Positions 1-14,949 of a DNA stretch of 64,000 bases are shown piece by piece. Both the position numbers and the translations under genes were made by a program. The DNA is from Eledone cirrhosa (Eukaryota): positions 44,144,001-44,208,000 of the forward strand of contig OZ024745.1 of the NCBI GenBank assembly GCA_964016885.1, in the 5' to 3' direction. The notes below the pieces were generated by a model. The model made no database searches. It was given only the letters and a program-made list of their open reading frames with translations, and was not told where the DNA came from. Each line of letters opens with the position of its first letter. Position 1 is the stretch's first letter.

Positions 1-249
1 TACTTAAGATCACAAATGTATGAGGAAAAATAAAGTCTATCAATCCCAGTAATTGACCATCGGCCTTGGAAAGATGAAAGGCTAAGTCAAACCTGGCAGC
101 ATTTAAAATCAGAACTTAAAAGGAGTCATCAAATAATTTCTTACATAAGCACAATGCAACAAATTTAGGGGATGGCTATATTGATTAGTTTGACCCCTAA
201 ACTTGACTGGCACAGATGTTATCAACCTTTGAAGAATAAAAAGGGGAGT

Positions 250-510
250 CAGAATGTAAGCTTGCTCTATTGGATGAATAATGTTAATGAGTATGAATGA
301 TGGAGCATGAATAAACTGAAGAAAAAAACCGAATATGAATGGAATCAGATGTAGTGTGCTAGAGAGAAGAGTCTGTATATGGACATGTGGTGTATAGGGA
401 TGATGATTACTCAAAACACTGAACCTCACTGAGGAGATTACAAAGCAATTCAACAAGTGGAGACAGGCTTGGCTGGAGAGGATCATCCAACCCATGCAAG
501 CATAGAAAAG
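250..510 (+). mobile_element. Degenerate 3' fragment of RTE-clade LINE
   Basis: Homologous to the 3' part of the RTE copy at 3200-3600 (ggaatcagatgtagtgtg...tatggacatgtg); ends in the family tail ccaacccatgcaagcatagaaaagcgggcataaaatga. Confidence 0.7.
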
Positions 511-1221
511 CGGGCATAAAATGACTAAATTTGGTCTGACACACCGCGAAAATAAAAACTTTATTCTTGGGTATGTGAATATATGAGAGAATTATGATGA
601 TGGGGTAACTCATTGTATATATATATATATATAGTATGTGTATTTATGTTTACACTGACCTAAAAACCAATGATCAATAAAATAAGTATCAGACTGACTA
701 CATATAGGAGTCAATATGATTGACTAAAAATCTTGAAAACAGTACCCAACATGGATGCAGTCAAATGATTGAAACTGGTAAAAGTATACAGAATTATAGT
801 TAACCTATTTCATACCAAACTGCCTAATACTGCCCTGGATTTCTGATACAAAACTGCTTGTTTTAAATTGTTTATATTTATTTTAAAATCCTTCCATCAT
901 AATTTTATTTAAGTTAATTTCTGTCAGGTCCTAATATTATCAGGTCATTAATGAAAGAATTTGTTTTTTTATTAATTTCCTCCAAATAGTTGATTATTTT
1001 CAAAATTAATTGAAACATATAGGCAGTGTATTTCACTAGAAATACACTGGGCTAAATAAAATATTGGATTACAGATCCCAAACTAGTACCTACTGAAAAA
1101 CTATTCTGCAAGTAAGTTTTAATTTTAACTTCGTATAATTTTACTATTCAAAGGTTACATGCCAATCAGTCAAACTACATAGGCAGTGATTCAATAGTAT
1201 TATGCAGTCTATAGTGTTGTG

Positions 1222-1257
<36 letters not shown>

Positions 1258-2469
1258 AATGAATGAGAGGGAGAAAAAGAGAGAGATGTGTGTTTGGTTG
1301 CATTTGTTTGCACAGGAGTTATAATGCCTTTACAGAAAACACCAAGATAATATTTATATTATTTTAAATGTAAGTAAATGGAAATTTTTTGTAATTTTAG
1401 ATATTGTAAAATTTGATTATTAGACTTTGATTTTATTATACACTTAATAATTTAACTGTGGTATATTCCAATCACATATGAAAATTCCCACCATCGATCA
1501 ATCATGAGGTTAACAGGTTTGTATAGGTCACTATTTATCAGTTGATACTTCAGTTATATAATCTTTTCTCTCTCTCTCCATTCAAATCATTATTTCTTTT
1601 AAGAAATGTCAATAATGATGTAATCAATGCTTTTTACTTTTAAAACAAACTAATAAAGCCTTTGAGAGGTCAAATGAAATTGAAAAGTTTACACCCTTAT
1701 GATCTTAAATAAATACTTACAGGCAAACCAGACACAAAATAACTGTGAGGGTTAAGCTGTTAGACTGGATCAAACTTCATTACCATAGCCATTATGCCCC
1801 TCCACCCAGGAATACATGTTAAGCCTACTTTTTCTAGATTTCCTGACCAACAAAAAACAGGTTTTGCTTCACGATTGAGTGGTTCACAACAGGAAAGATA
1901 TCCAACTATATAAGCCAATTAGAGAGCCTCAATGTGGTCGTTCAATTTGCTATAAATATCTCTCAAAGCATACTCTTGCATATGATTCTAGATATACAAC
2001 ATATGAAGAAAAATATGATGGTCATGGCAGGAACACCTTTGATCGCATGTCTGCTCAGTTGGGTTAAACAACATCCAGCTATAAAACATTTGCTCTAAAA
2101 AAAGTAAAAGTAAAAATACCCATGCTATATAAAAATGCAAAAAAAAAAAAAATAACAATAATCTCAACATACATAAACATTTGATTTTACAAAATAAGAT
2201 GGTAGATGTAATTTTCATATCAGCTTAAGTATAAAAGAGAGAAATACTTCTTGGACCATTGATAACTAACTTGTATATGGTAAACAACTACAAAAATTAA
2301 TAAAGATAAATTTTTTCAACGATATACATATACGTATTCTCAGATCATTCAAAACAAGATAGCAGGAAACAATACTGTGGAAGAGGTCATTTATCCTCAG
2401 CTATCTGGACTGTTGTTTTTGAATATGGTCACTACAGTGTTAATTTAACTGTGATAATAGCCATAGGCT

Positions 2470-3600
2470 GGTGAAGCAGCATAATCATTAATTGCTACAA
2501 AGGAAAAGGTGATGCCCTAGAAAGGAGCAACTATAGGGGATTAAAACTAATAGATGAAATTATCAAAGTTACAGTAAGAGTTCTAGCACAACTAATTAGG
2601 GAAAGAGTCAAATCAGAGGGGATGCATTTGGTTTTATGCCAGGGAGGAGCACTACAGATGCCTTCTTCTTAGTAAGACAACTACAAGAAAAGTTCTCAGC
2701 TAAGAGTAAACCTCTATATCTAGCTTTTGTTAATTTATAGAAAGCCTTCGATAGAGTACCATGATCTGTCATTTGGTGGCCCTTAAAGAAAGTAGGTGTA
2801 GAAGAGTGGCTTGTAAGAGCAGTGCAAGCCATGTACAGAAGAGCTGTCAGTAAAGTGAGAATAGGGAGTTTAGTGAGGAATTCAAGGTACAAGTAAGTAG
2901 GGGTGCATCAGGGTTCGATCTTTAGCCCACTCCTGGTTGTTCTTTAGTCCTTAGCCCACTTAATAAGTAGGAAGAAAGACAGGGCTCTGATCAGGAAGGA
3001 TCCATAGTTTCTGCTACCTAGATGATATAATTAGCAGTGGAGGAAAATGCACTGAGAACATTGTAGCAAGAATAAGGACAGGATTAAAGAAGTTTAGAAA
3101 GTTACCACCTCTGTTGACAACAAAAGGTTTCTCCCTATATACAAAGGGTCAGTTATATGATGCCTGTGTATAAAGTGTGATGCTGCATGGTAGTGAATGC
3201 AGAGGATATGCAAAGACTGGAGAGAAATGAAGCAAGTATGCTTTGATGGATGTGCAATGTTAATGTGAGAGAACAAAGCATGGATGAAATGAGGGAAAAA
3301 CTGGGTATAAAAGGAATCAGATGTAGTGTGCCAGGGAGGAGGAAACTGTGTTAGTATGGACACGTGATGTACATGGATGATGAATGCTGGGTGAAGAAGT
3401 ACCAAGTAATCCCAGTGGATGGGAAGCTACAGTAGAGGAAGACCAAGGAAGATGTGGGCAGAGATGATGAGAGCTGATATCAAATCACTGAGGTTTCACA
3501 GATGAGATGACGAAGAAGCTCGACAAGTGGAGAGAAGTTGTGCTGGAAAAGACCTGTCCAACCTGTGCAAGCGTGGAACAGCAAACATAGAATGATGATT
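2470..3600 (+). mobile_element. RTE-clade LINE, 5'-truncated, internally deleted RT pseudogene
   Basis: Manual translation gives NCYKGKGDALERSNYRGLKL...GFMPGRSTTDAFFLVRQLQEK...LYLAFVNL*KAFDRVP...GVHQGSIFSPLL, then ARIRTG...KGQLYDACV*SVMLHGSE. The YADD region is deleted and there are stops and frameshifts; ends in ccaacctgtgcaagcgtggaa...aatgatgat. Confidence 0.92.
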
Positions 3601-4074
3601 TAATGCAAAAGTGTTTTGTGGAATAAATATTTCTCCATTACATATAACACAAAAGTCATTAATAAATTGGAATGTGCAGCAAAGCTTGTTATCTTATATC
3701 ACTAAACAGTACTTTTGTTGATCACAAAACATCTACATTGAGCAGGCTTCATAAAATAAAGGATTAGGGTTTTAAAATATACACTACACCATGTATTAAT
3801 AATAATTAGCTGTTGCATTCTTTAACTCTAAATGTCCTGTACCACATGAAACTGCATTAGCATGACATTCTTGAAAAATACAAAACATAACTATGACTGT
3901 CAGATTAAAAATGTAAGTACTGCAATTTTTCACAATGATCTGCCCACTAATAAAGATATGATAAACATTTAAATTAACAAACAAGTTTTTAGACATTTTT
4001 TGCTAAATCATTACAGGATGTTAAGAGTTTTAAAAAAATGACATCTGCAATTTTTTTGATCAGAGTAGGAATAT

Positions 4075-4307
4075 TTGACCCCTTTGATACAAAACCATCA
4101 AATACAGCTGTTTATTTTAAAATGGTTATCTTTATCTACAAATCTTCCATAATTTTATGTAACAACCTTTGTTAAGTTATGTTCCAAACTCAATTTAATA
4201 ATGAGTATGTTACATTACTAAATTTCTCCAAATTCTTGATTATTTTCAAAATGATTTGAAAATCATAGGCAGTGTCTTTCGTAAGAAATATGGTAACAAA
4301 AGGGTAA
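4075..4307. mobile_element. piggyBac-like MITE (degenerate); related copies at ~800-1060, 23918-24154, ~29810-30062
   Basis: Ends ttgacccctttgatac...gtaacaaaagggtaa resemble TTAA-CCC...GGG-TTAA; the internal AT-rich body is shared with the other listed loci. Confidence 0.6.
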
Positions 4308-4824
4308 TTTCATAATGCACACTTCTACTTCACATACCTCTAGAATCAACAATTTTTAACGAAACTAATGTTCTTGACTTCACTTCAGTCAGTAATAATA
4401 TTGTAATGTGAAGAACAAATAATGTAACAGCTGTAGAAACATTTGATTCAAAGAAGCATGAAAATAGCATAATATTATGAAAAGGTGTGTGGTGTAAAAA
4501 CTACTGGGAAATTATATGGTTAATATCCCAGATAAATAACTTTGGAACTTTTACCTTAAAATAAATAGAATGGTGTGGATACAACAGCATTTGTAGTGCT
4601 TTTGTTTTTGTTTTGTTTTTCTTTTAGATATATTTCACAGAACTATTTTGCCTGTAAATATTCGACAAATAGCTTTCCATTTTTGAAGCAAGTTTTTTTG
4701 CAGCAGGCTGCTTCTCTGAGTGATGATAAAATAAGAATAGTATGTATTTTTGATAGACAAAATACAATGCTTGATTCACAAAATTATATTATGTAATTCT
4801 GTTTGGATATATGATAGATGGATA

Positions 4825-4970
4825 TAAATAGGCAACAAATTGTCAGTCATGAGAGCATTGAACAAAATGTCTTGCAGTATCTGTTGCAGCCTTCTGCCCT
4901 CTGCGTTCAAATCCTACCGAGGTCACCTTTTCCTTTCATTCATTCAGGGTCAATAAAATAAAATACCATT
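4825..4970 (+). mobile_element. tRNA-derived SINE (degenerate)
   Basis: Box-B-like gttcaaatcc followed by gaggtcaccttttcctttcattcattcagggtcaataaaataaaatacc, homologous to the SINE at 61209. Confidence 0.65.
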
Positions 4971-7109
4971 CCAAAGCAGTGAGCTGGTGGACATGTTAGA
5001 ACATCTGATAAGATATCTTGTGTTATTTGGTCCAGCTTTTTAGGTACCTTCAGTCTACTCTACTCTGTTGCAAATATTGGACCAGGTCCTTGGCAAACCC
5101 CCTTTGAAAAGAATCATAGACACTGCCCTTCTCTCTAAGACTAAAAGAGTAAAATATAATAATTGTTTCTACTTTAGGCACAAGGCCAGCAATTACCCAG
5201 TGCATTACTGGTACTTTATTTTATCGACCCCGTAAAGTAAAATAATAAATATTAACTAATCAACTATTCTCCAATTTGTTGGTGCATTATCTGTGAATGA
5301 GAAGATATTTGACTAAATGGATGCTCCCTACATGAACACCGATAACTCGTGAACATAAATTGTACACCCTATCTAATATATTTTCTGCACTAAATATTGC
5401 AGACAATTACAATAATTAAACTTGATAATTTATTATATTTGTAATACTTAATCAAGGCAACCACTGGATCCTTGCTCTTAGTTACACATATATATTCACA
5501 CAAAGTTCTATATTTTCAAGATTGTAACCAAATCATCGAATAAATTTTAAAACAATGGCCAAATGCAGTCAGATTTGTCTGCAAGAAAGAGTCATGCATT
5601 TAACTGCTTAAAGAGTAATTTAACTACACAATAAACACTGTAGATTGAAAATTGCTGCGTAATATATTATGGAATATGTACATTTTGAAAATAAAAAAAA
5701 AAGGAAAGCAAAATATATTTATAGTTTTGTCATTACAGTTCACACTTGTATATATTTCAACAGCCTCCAATGAGGTTACATCTTGTAGGCAATTTCTTGT
5801 GTTTTAATAACAGGAACCCCAGTCATATTATGGCACCATTTTTCCAGTGATAAGAAGAGAGATTTGAACTCAGAATGCACAGAGCCCAAATAGATACTAA
5901 AATACATCCAGGTTAATGCCCTAATAATTCTGCCAATCCACCACCCTGAAACTGGTACTTCATTGGCCCTGAAAAGTTGCAAAACAAACTTGACTGTAAC
6001 AGGATTTGAACTCATAGTGCAGGGAGCCACAACATATATTTCAAAGCAAACTGACACTTTAATGACTCTACCAATATGCTGTCTTCTATGCAGCTTTAGA
6101 TTAGCCCAAGAGAAGTATAAAATCAAATATCATCATATAAATTAAATATTTATATAAAATTTAATAAACATTCCAGATTAAAATACCTTCATATTAATTT
6201 AATTTTAAGATATAAAAAATATTTTCTGTTTCGTTTCAATTTCAACAGCAGGTGAATACTACAAAACAGTACATGCAATAAGTTTCTCTAAAATGTAATC
6301 CAACATATTACAATTACATGATCAACAAGTATAGATTGTCTCTGACGTACATCACTGACTTCACCAGATATAACTTTTGAAGGACTATATTATTCATTAG
6401 TCTTAATGAATAAGTACAAAAACTCTGATATATGTTTACATTACAGCAATTTATTTATTTTACTTAGGAAAGCAGGTCAAATATGTCCTTCATTAGACAA
6501 AATAATTATGAACAAATCAGATGTATGGTATATCATACATGCAAAAGTTTTATATTGATTCTTAAGCATGTTTCATAATTAAAACAACTTTCCAATTAGC
6601 AAGTCCTAAATAATTGATCAAAGATTTCAAAGATATATAAACACTCAAGAGAGATTCTAGAAAACGTAGCCAAATCTCCCCCAAACCACACCTTACACTT
6701 TAAAAAAAACTAGCATATTACATAATTTTGTCCAAGGTACACTTCTTGGATAGCTTTAATCTTAAATTTGCTCAGGCTGGCTTGGAGACATAGTTTAAAG
6801 ATAGTATTTACACATGCTGCTTATATATCACTATCATATCCTATATAAAATAAAACATTAACATTTCATTGAAATACTTCTACATTCCAGAAAGTATGTT
6901 TAACTCTTCATTTGACATACTGTTAAAACAACAAATAAAATAACTATTTTCTTTGGCTTATTACTGGTCACATTTATAAATGAGATATAGAAATTCAAGA
7001 TATATACTTGTGTGTGTGTTCTCCCAACACCATAACATCCATCATACACGTCATTATACTCCGTAATAATGGCTGGTGTGTGAGGGGGGAGGGCTTCAGT
7101 TACAACACA

Positions 7110-7430
7110 CCAACCTCACTAGTGCTGGTGCCATGAAAAATACACCTAGAACATACTGTCAGGTGGTTGGTGATAGGAAGGGTATGCAGTCATAGAAAAC
7201 TTGCCAAACATAGGATTAAGAGGCCTCTTCAGTTGTATCAGATAACCTCCTTAGAGTTAATATCACAAAAATGTACTGCTGAGAGAGAGAGAGAGAGAGA
7301 AAAAACATATGTGATGCTGCCTCAAACCCATCTGAGAGGTCAGTAACTCTGATTAAATACTGATTTGGTCTATAATGACCCATCCAACCCTTGCTAGCAA
7401 ATAAGACAAACATTAAATGATGATGATGAT
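7110..7430 (+). mobile_element. Abundant non-autonomous retroposon sharing the RTE 3' tail (one of >10 copies in the window)
   Basis: Core agtgctggtgcc...gtggttgg...aggaaggg(c)atccag and tail ccaacccttgctagca...attaaatgatgatgat. Other copies at ~7570-7780(-), 12760-13003(+), 13670-13920(-), 14190-14570(-), 24240-24565(+), 33080-33330(-), 43230-43420(+), 44340-44535(+), 44665-44850(-), 51360-51480(-). Confidence 0.75.
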
Positions 7431-7787
7431 AAATATATTATTTATAATAATTCATGCATGTAACATGTATTGCGATACCTGGATGAATCATAAATTAGCT
7501 TTCTTGCACTAGATAGAGCGCTCTTTTTCCTTCCCCCAAACATTTTTGCAACACACACACATATATACACATCATCATCATCATTTTACATCCGCTTTCC
7601 CCTGCTTGCAAGAGTGGGATGGCAACTGATTCTGGCTTGATTTCTACAGCCGGATGCCCTTCCTAACACCAACCTCATTTACAGTGAGTGCTGGATGCTT
7701 TTTTTCCGTGGCGCCTACACGTCCACTTTACAGTGTGGGCTGGGTGGTTTTTTTGCCGTGGCACCTACACGACCGCTTTGCAGTGGA

Positions 7788-8078
<291 letters not shown>

Positions 8079-11000
8079 CAGAAATATTACTCTATATATA
8101 TATATATATACACACAGTATTGTAGGAAAAGTATTTCAGTTGATCTTTTCCTTTACTTTTATATTTTAATGTTTAATATTATTTACTTACATTAAAATAT
8201 TCCGTATATTCTTGAATATAAGCTGATGAATATGTGACCTCAAAAAAAAATTGATGGTAAAATGGTCAATTCAGGGTCAATTTTCATGTCAATTTTCACC
8301 AACTTCAAATTCTAGATAAATAAGGTGCTAAAATACCTGGAGTGATTATTTTACAATCAAACACCTTTTTTCTACATTTCCTATATCGCTGGGAGTTTTC
8401 TTTATGCATTGCCTTGAGAATATTCCCACAAAGTTTTGTTATTTGAACTTTTTAATACATAAATATCCCCAACGCATACACGCACATGTGTACATAAATA
8501 CATGTGCACCGACTGTTTTTCTCTGTGACGTACATAATTATTTTTTTTTTTCAAAACTTGTTTTATTTCAATCGCTCTCTCTCCGTCTGTTTTTCTCACT
8601 CTGCCTCTTCTCACTCTTGCTGTAAAAAAATCTACCTAAAACACACTTGTACAACATTAAATTGTTTCCAAGTTTTCATGGTACGCATTTCATTCAATGT
8701 GTATATTGAATAAAAATCTGGTACATTTGGACATGGTGCAATTGTCTGCTTAAAAAAAGGAAAAATACTCTCGGTATTTGAATAGTCAAAAGTAAACAAA
8801 AATTCAAGAAACTTTATAAAACGGATGAAATGGTAAAAAAAATCATTATATAGTGGATTTGTAAAACAAAAACAGTACACTAAACAACACTTAAAACATT
8901 TTAAATATCAAAATATTAAAACTGCATTCATGAGAACTTCAAAACAATGTCATAATGTGTTGATTAGCTGTCTCATGTTATAAACGAGGTTTGGATATTT
9001 GTCCATTCTCAGACATAAAATGTGTGTGGGGAGAAGAGAAGTATGTTTATATTGGAGTATATACCATAATTAAAGATCCATATTCCATGTGCTCCACCAA
9101 ATAAACATTGCATTGTATCTTCAGCTTATATTTTGTAAGTGACTTTTTTTTTTTATAATATACAGGTCAAATGTTACATATATTCAAACATAATATACTA
9201 ACAAAATTAGTATATTTTTGCTTCCTCCTTCATCTATTAAAGAATAGAAATGTAACCTAATTATCTATTCATGAAAATATATTTTCTGAAAACAGAATGC
9301 ACAATAAAGAGCCAAAAGTGTTTAGTAGTGCATAATAGAGAATTGCATTAAGAGTACACGTGTCTGTGGAATATTCCGCCACTTTCACATTAATTATTGA
9401 CTAGGCTGTTGCATTGATTGAATATCTGGAACACTAATCATCGAAACTGACAGAGGTCCATTCGTTCATTTGTTTGGTAGGATGAATGTTCTTAATTTCC
9501 AAAAATTGTTATAAACAGCTCACGGCTCAGTATTATCCACAAAACACACTTTTAGAACTTCATATTTGACTTAATATTGTTAAAACATTTTTCAGATTTT
9601 TTTCAATCTTTACACACTATAGTCATGGGAAAAGATGCTTATAACATGATGGTCCTCCTAAGAATTGAAATGTTACAACCAATGTCTATTAGGAATTCTC
9701 AAACAATCTCATTCTTTTTATTAACTCAATATTATTTCCTAAACCTACAATACTATGATCTTAAAATGATGAAAACACAGATTGGTATTGAGTAATAACT
9801 ATTTCATAATAGCTATCATAATAATCATTATCAGCAAGTATTATATATCTAATGAACAAGTATTTAAATATAATACTTTTAAACACACATTCCAACTAAT
9901 CTGAATTTCTGATATATATATATATACACGTCATTTTCTCTTGGGGGCATAGGAGTGATAGGGGCTTTATAATGTTGACTCACCCTATACAGACTACAAG
10001 AAGGTTCCTTTTTGATCTGTTCTGTTACAGAACACCATTATAAAGCTGAAAGCAACTTCCTTCCTTTTTTTTTTTAAAATCATATTTCAATCCAGAGAAA
10101 AGCTGCAATATGTAGAAATATGTAAAAGCTAGTAATGTTGCACTTTAAGTGGAAGAGTTAATGGGAGAGATTTGAATACTAAATATCTTGTTTCAAATTA
10201 TTACATTTGGCACATGTTAGAACTATCTATGCAAGAAACAAGTTTCCGAGAAATATATTTCTAGTCAGAGAAGATACTAACTTTTAATTAATGCAAACAC
10301 AAGTAAAACATAAAAGAGAGAGTGAAGAATGGAACCAGCCAATTTAAAGACTGCTAGTGTATGAAAAAAAATCTCTTCTTTAATTTTCCTTTTTCTAAAG
10401 TATTTTTAATACCCTTCCCCATCATTTTTCAGTGAAGTTTCACCATGTACTCAGCTTGTTTCCAAGTTGCAGTTCAAACCACCCCTTTCAAATTACTGTT
10501 TTATTTCTATATTTCTAAAATTCTGGTTTTGTATTTTGGGATGTGATTTAGTTATATCTCAAACAGTCCATTCTGCACAAGAAATGCTTTGATTAATGTA
10601 CTGTTAAACAGATGCTCTTTGGCATATATATTACACAAGCCGCAACTTTTGCAAGAAAGGATTATATCTTTATTATATATATTGTTAGAGACTAAATTTT
10701 TGGCAGCCATTGCTACAGTTCTGAAGCTTGCCCTCACCAACATATACATATATACAAACTAGCAAACATACTGATTAATTGAACAATATTTCAGGGACAT
10801 ATCCACACTTCAAAAATGTCCGGTTCATAAATATTTCTCTAAACCACATAAATATTTATCAACTTTTCAATCATTCTATTGTTTTTCATTTTCAAATATT
10901 GTTTTTAACCTATTGTTTTAAATTCATTCCTTCAATATTTCAGTTACTGTTTTTAAATCATACTTATTTTTAATGTTTTTCTTAATACCAAAATCAAGTT

Positions 11001-12271
11001 TATTTTCTGGGTCCTAACAAACTAGCAACCAATTCAGTGCATTATTCACCAGTCAACATCTGGTAGCAAGTCTAGTTCCCATACAATATCACTTTTCAAA
11101 CATTTATCACATAGGCTACCTTTCATACAGAGAAAATCTCTTTATCAATGGCAGAAATCATAGTTTTGTGCTTGTATTAATTACATTACCAAGGTAACAG
11201 ACATATCAACTACTTTCTGTGGTGTTTAAGAGCAACTCATGAGCTTAGTGATCATACTAGTGGATCTAGTGCATTTAAAATATTGATTCATCAATCCACT
11301 TGAAATTCTACTACATTGCACATAGCTATTGGTTGTACTATTTCTGCTAGATTTCAATCATAAAGATTAAAAATTCAACCCTTAACACTAAAACAGCATT
11401 TTGCTCCTAGGTTATGTATATTACTTTACATTCTTCATTAAAGCTAAATTAAAATAAGTTGTAATCTTATTTTTGACTGAGTAGTTGAGATTTGTAAAAT
11501 ATCTGCACAAGGAATACAAATATCTAATTTCTCTGAACCCTCTGACTATTTAAAAAAAACTCTTTAGTGAAAAAAGGTAGGGTAGTGGCCATGAGACTTT
11601 AGAGAGCCACCAAGACTGGTGGGAGTACAATAGAAATATATCCTCATACTAGAGACCTGGCTTGAATGTTCCCAACAGAGTGCTAAAGGCATCCAAGAGA
11701 CAGATGGTGGTGTTAAACCAGGCAACAAAGTTTACCATTACATTAATACATAGAAATAAATGTAAAACATAAACAATATTAGAACATGATAGAGATTTGG
11801 GTTGAAAAGAATCATTGCAAATTTTATTAATGTTTGATCACACCAACTTCAGGAATCTTACATCTCTGCATGTTTAACCAAAATGGTATTCAGAAACACT
11901 GACATTAAAACAAAGTTACAGCAAGAAAAATACTATCTTCACCTACCCCTAAAAGCACATAGATAAACAGAATTTTTGGCCACTAAGGGAAGATATATTC
12001 TCTACACTCCCGGTCTGTAATTCACACTACCTCTTATATGCAAATACACACAAATAGAAGACAGCAACTAATCGTTTACCCACTCACATTCCCAACTGCT
12101 TGTCTGACACCTCAAAAAAATAGGATCACCTCATAACTATAAATTAAAACATATTTACATCACACCTTTATTTATGTTCATAAAATAACTACCAAGTTGA
12201 CTCTTGCATGTCATTAATGGCATCTTCTGTGCTACAAATATTTAGATCAAATATCTGGTTAAATAATACCC

Positions 12272-12417
12272 AAGTCTAAGGTACTACCTTTCCTCATAAT
12301 ACTAACAAAGTCTAAGGTACTACCTTTCCTCATCATACTAACAAAGTCTAAGGTACTACCTTTCCTCATAATACTAACAAAGTCTAAGGTACTACCTTTC
12401 CTCATAATACTAACAAA
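12272..12417. repeat. 36-bp minisatellite, 4 near-identical copies
   Basis: Unit aagtctaaggtactacctttcctcataatactaaca starts at 12272, 12308, 12344 and 12380; one substitution in unit 2. Confidence 0.97.
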
Positions 12418-14949
12418 TATACAAAGTACAAGAACGGTCTTTCAAAATAAAATGTGAAGGTTTTAATCATTTTTCTTTTCCCATTTACATGAAGCTATAG
12501 AGTGGGCAGACCTATGAAGACATGGGATGAGGTCATAAAAGCTGACCTTGCACAATTGTTCTTCTCAAAGGCAAGGACATAGAATGTGATCGCTGGTGCT
12601 ATGCAATAATACAGAAGACTCGCCTTCCCATATGCAGGAGCTGAGGCATACATCTAGTATGCACGACTTTCCCTTCCATACACCTCCCACATTGTAATCA
12701 CCCCACCCGTACATCTACCTCCCCAATTCCCCATGCATCCCCCCAAGTCCTCAATCCACACCATAAAGCAGCCATTCTGGAGCCACAACAAAATGTGCCC
12801 AGTCCACTCAGTAAAGTGGTCGTGTGCATATCACAACAAAAATACTCAGTACACATTATAAATGTGGTTGGCATCCAGTCATAGAAACCAAGCCAAAATC
12901 AGTTCTGTGTGAGCAAAATATGGTCATCCGACCTGGCTGTCTTACAATGGGACAACTCGTCTAACCCATGCTAGCATGGAAAATGGACATTAAGCGACGA
13001 TGATTTGAATTTTTTTTTGAATTTTTTTTCTAACTTGGTCTTAATGAAATGGATACTTAATGGTTTTACATACTCAGTCAGAGACTGAGCCTTATATTTA
13101 ATTCTCCTTTATTACCATGAGTAGGGGACATCTCTGATAATAGATTTTATTATTTTTTAACTTATCTATTTCAGATATATGTTTTGATTTTAAATCAATT
13201 TTCAGACATCTTCTCACATTTTTTTAACATCCAAATCCCCCCCCCCCCCCCGCCCACAACAAAGTTTTTTTTATGTAGACAACTAGCCTTACTTTTATTT
13301 ACATAATGACCATACCTTACTAAATATAGTATGACCTCAAAACCTGAATATTTTTTCTAATAATCACTAGTTACTGATGAACCTGTGAACAATAAAAACA
13401 CCACAAAATGCAATCAAGTAAAACCAATTTGTATTCCACATTGTTTTATTTGATGTTTGGCCCTGCAACACAAACATAAGAAAATAGAAAACCAATTGTT
13501 ACTATTTTAACAAAATATGTATTGATGAAAGTGTTACTGGTTCAAAATTAAGAAAAGGTTGTTTTGAATTTGAAACTTAAGAGTAAAAGTGAATCAACAA
13601 GCAGTTGTAAACTACAGCAGTATTTGTGAGGAAATAATAATAATAATAAAATTAATACAAATATTTATACCATCATCATTATTTTACATCTGCTTTCCAT
13701 GCTAGCATGGGTTAGATGGATCATTATGATCAGAGTCAAGTTCTTATTCGGTGTTACTGCCCTCTTAGATGGCTCACAAAACCATGTGTCACTGGTATAT
13801 TTTATTTTTGGCTTTATATTCATAACACCAGCCACTTCATAAAATGTACTGGATGTATTTTATCATGGCACCAACACTAGAAAAGATGTCATGTCCTCAG
13901 CAAGACTAAAGAGTCCTCCCTACTCTACAGTGTCTCTGCCCGAATACCACCTCATTACAGAATATCTCCAACATGCTTGTAATGTGTTCCTTGTATACCC
14001 AACAGACTGTTTATCTCCTTACTAAGATAACATATTTATTATTTAGTTTTCTCATTTAGGTCCCTTAACCCATAGTCTTTCTCCCAGGATTTAATCAAGT
14101 TGTGCTCATCTATTCTCTGGTTAACTCAATATTTACTTTCTTGAAACCAGCAATTCCCAGCTGTTTAAAACATACATTGCATATAATCATCTTTGTCATT
14201 GTTTAACATGTCTTCCCTGCTAGCAAGAGTTGAATATGTCATCACAGACCAATCAGTACACAGCCTCTGACCTCCAGGTGGGCTGGGGGCCCAACATATA
14301 ATCCTGCGCTTTACTAAGTACATTTTATCGTGGCAACAACACCAGGGAAATCGTTTTTTTGCAAGTCTTCCCAACCTTTTCTTTAGCAGGCTTTCTATGG
14401 CTTTCATGCTCTTGACACAACTAAGAGTCCTCTTGACCTTTTTGACACGTTTTCTAAAGCAGGATGCCCTTCCTACTGCCAATAACTATACAGGGTGTAT
14501 TGGGTGCATTTATCACGGTACCATCATTAGAGAGGTTGTCGTTATTGATTCAACTGAAGAGCCCTCTTAACCTTATTGTTGGGGTGGGTGTGGACTGTTG
14601 CCAAGTGTGCACAGGTTAGGTGTTGAAAGGGTAAAGGGTGATAGCTAGAATAGGGTGACATTTGATAGTGTGGGAGATAATGCAATGATAACAACTACAG
14701 GGGGGGTTATAACTTGTCATGGGTTATACAATCTAGAATAGAATGGGAGGATGTGTGGGTGGTAACTCTGGGTAGAGTGTGGGTGTTAGGATTAAGGAGG
14801 AGTGGAAGTAACCCTGGATAAGATAGAGGTGTGGGTGTATAATGATGCTGAGAATAGCTACTACAGGGGCAGGGAGATGGTTTGTGGGTGGGGGTGCAAT
14901 TATAGTGAAGACAGCTCATAAGGAGTGATAGCAGGTTGGGATGGGGGTG

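Noticed and set aside
8200-9066. Possible Tigger-like element bounded by degenerate TIRs
   Set aside because: TIR match is too weak to define boundaries by eye.
12272-12417. CRISPR-like 36-bp repeats
   Set aside because: Units are head-to-tail with no spacers; eukaryotic context with no cas genes.
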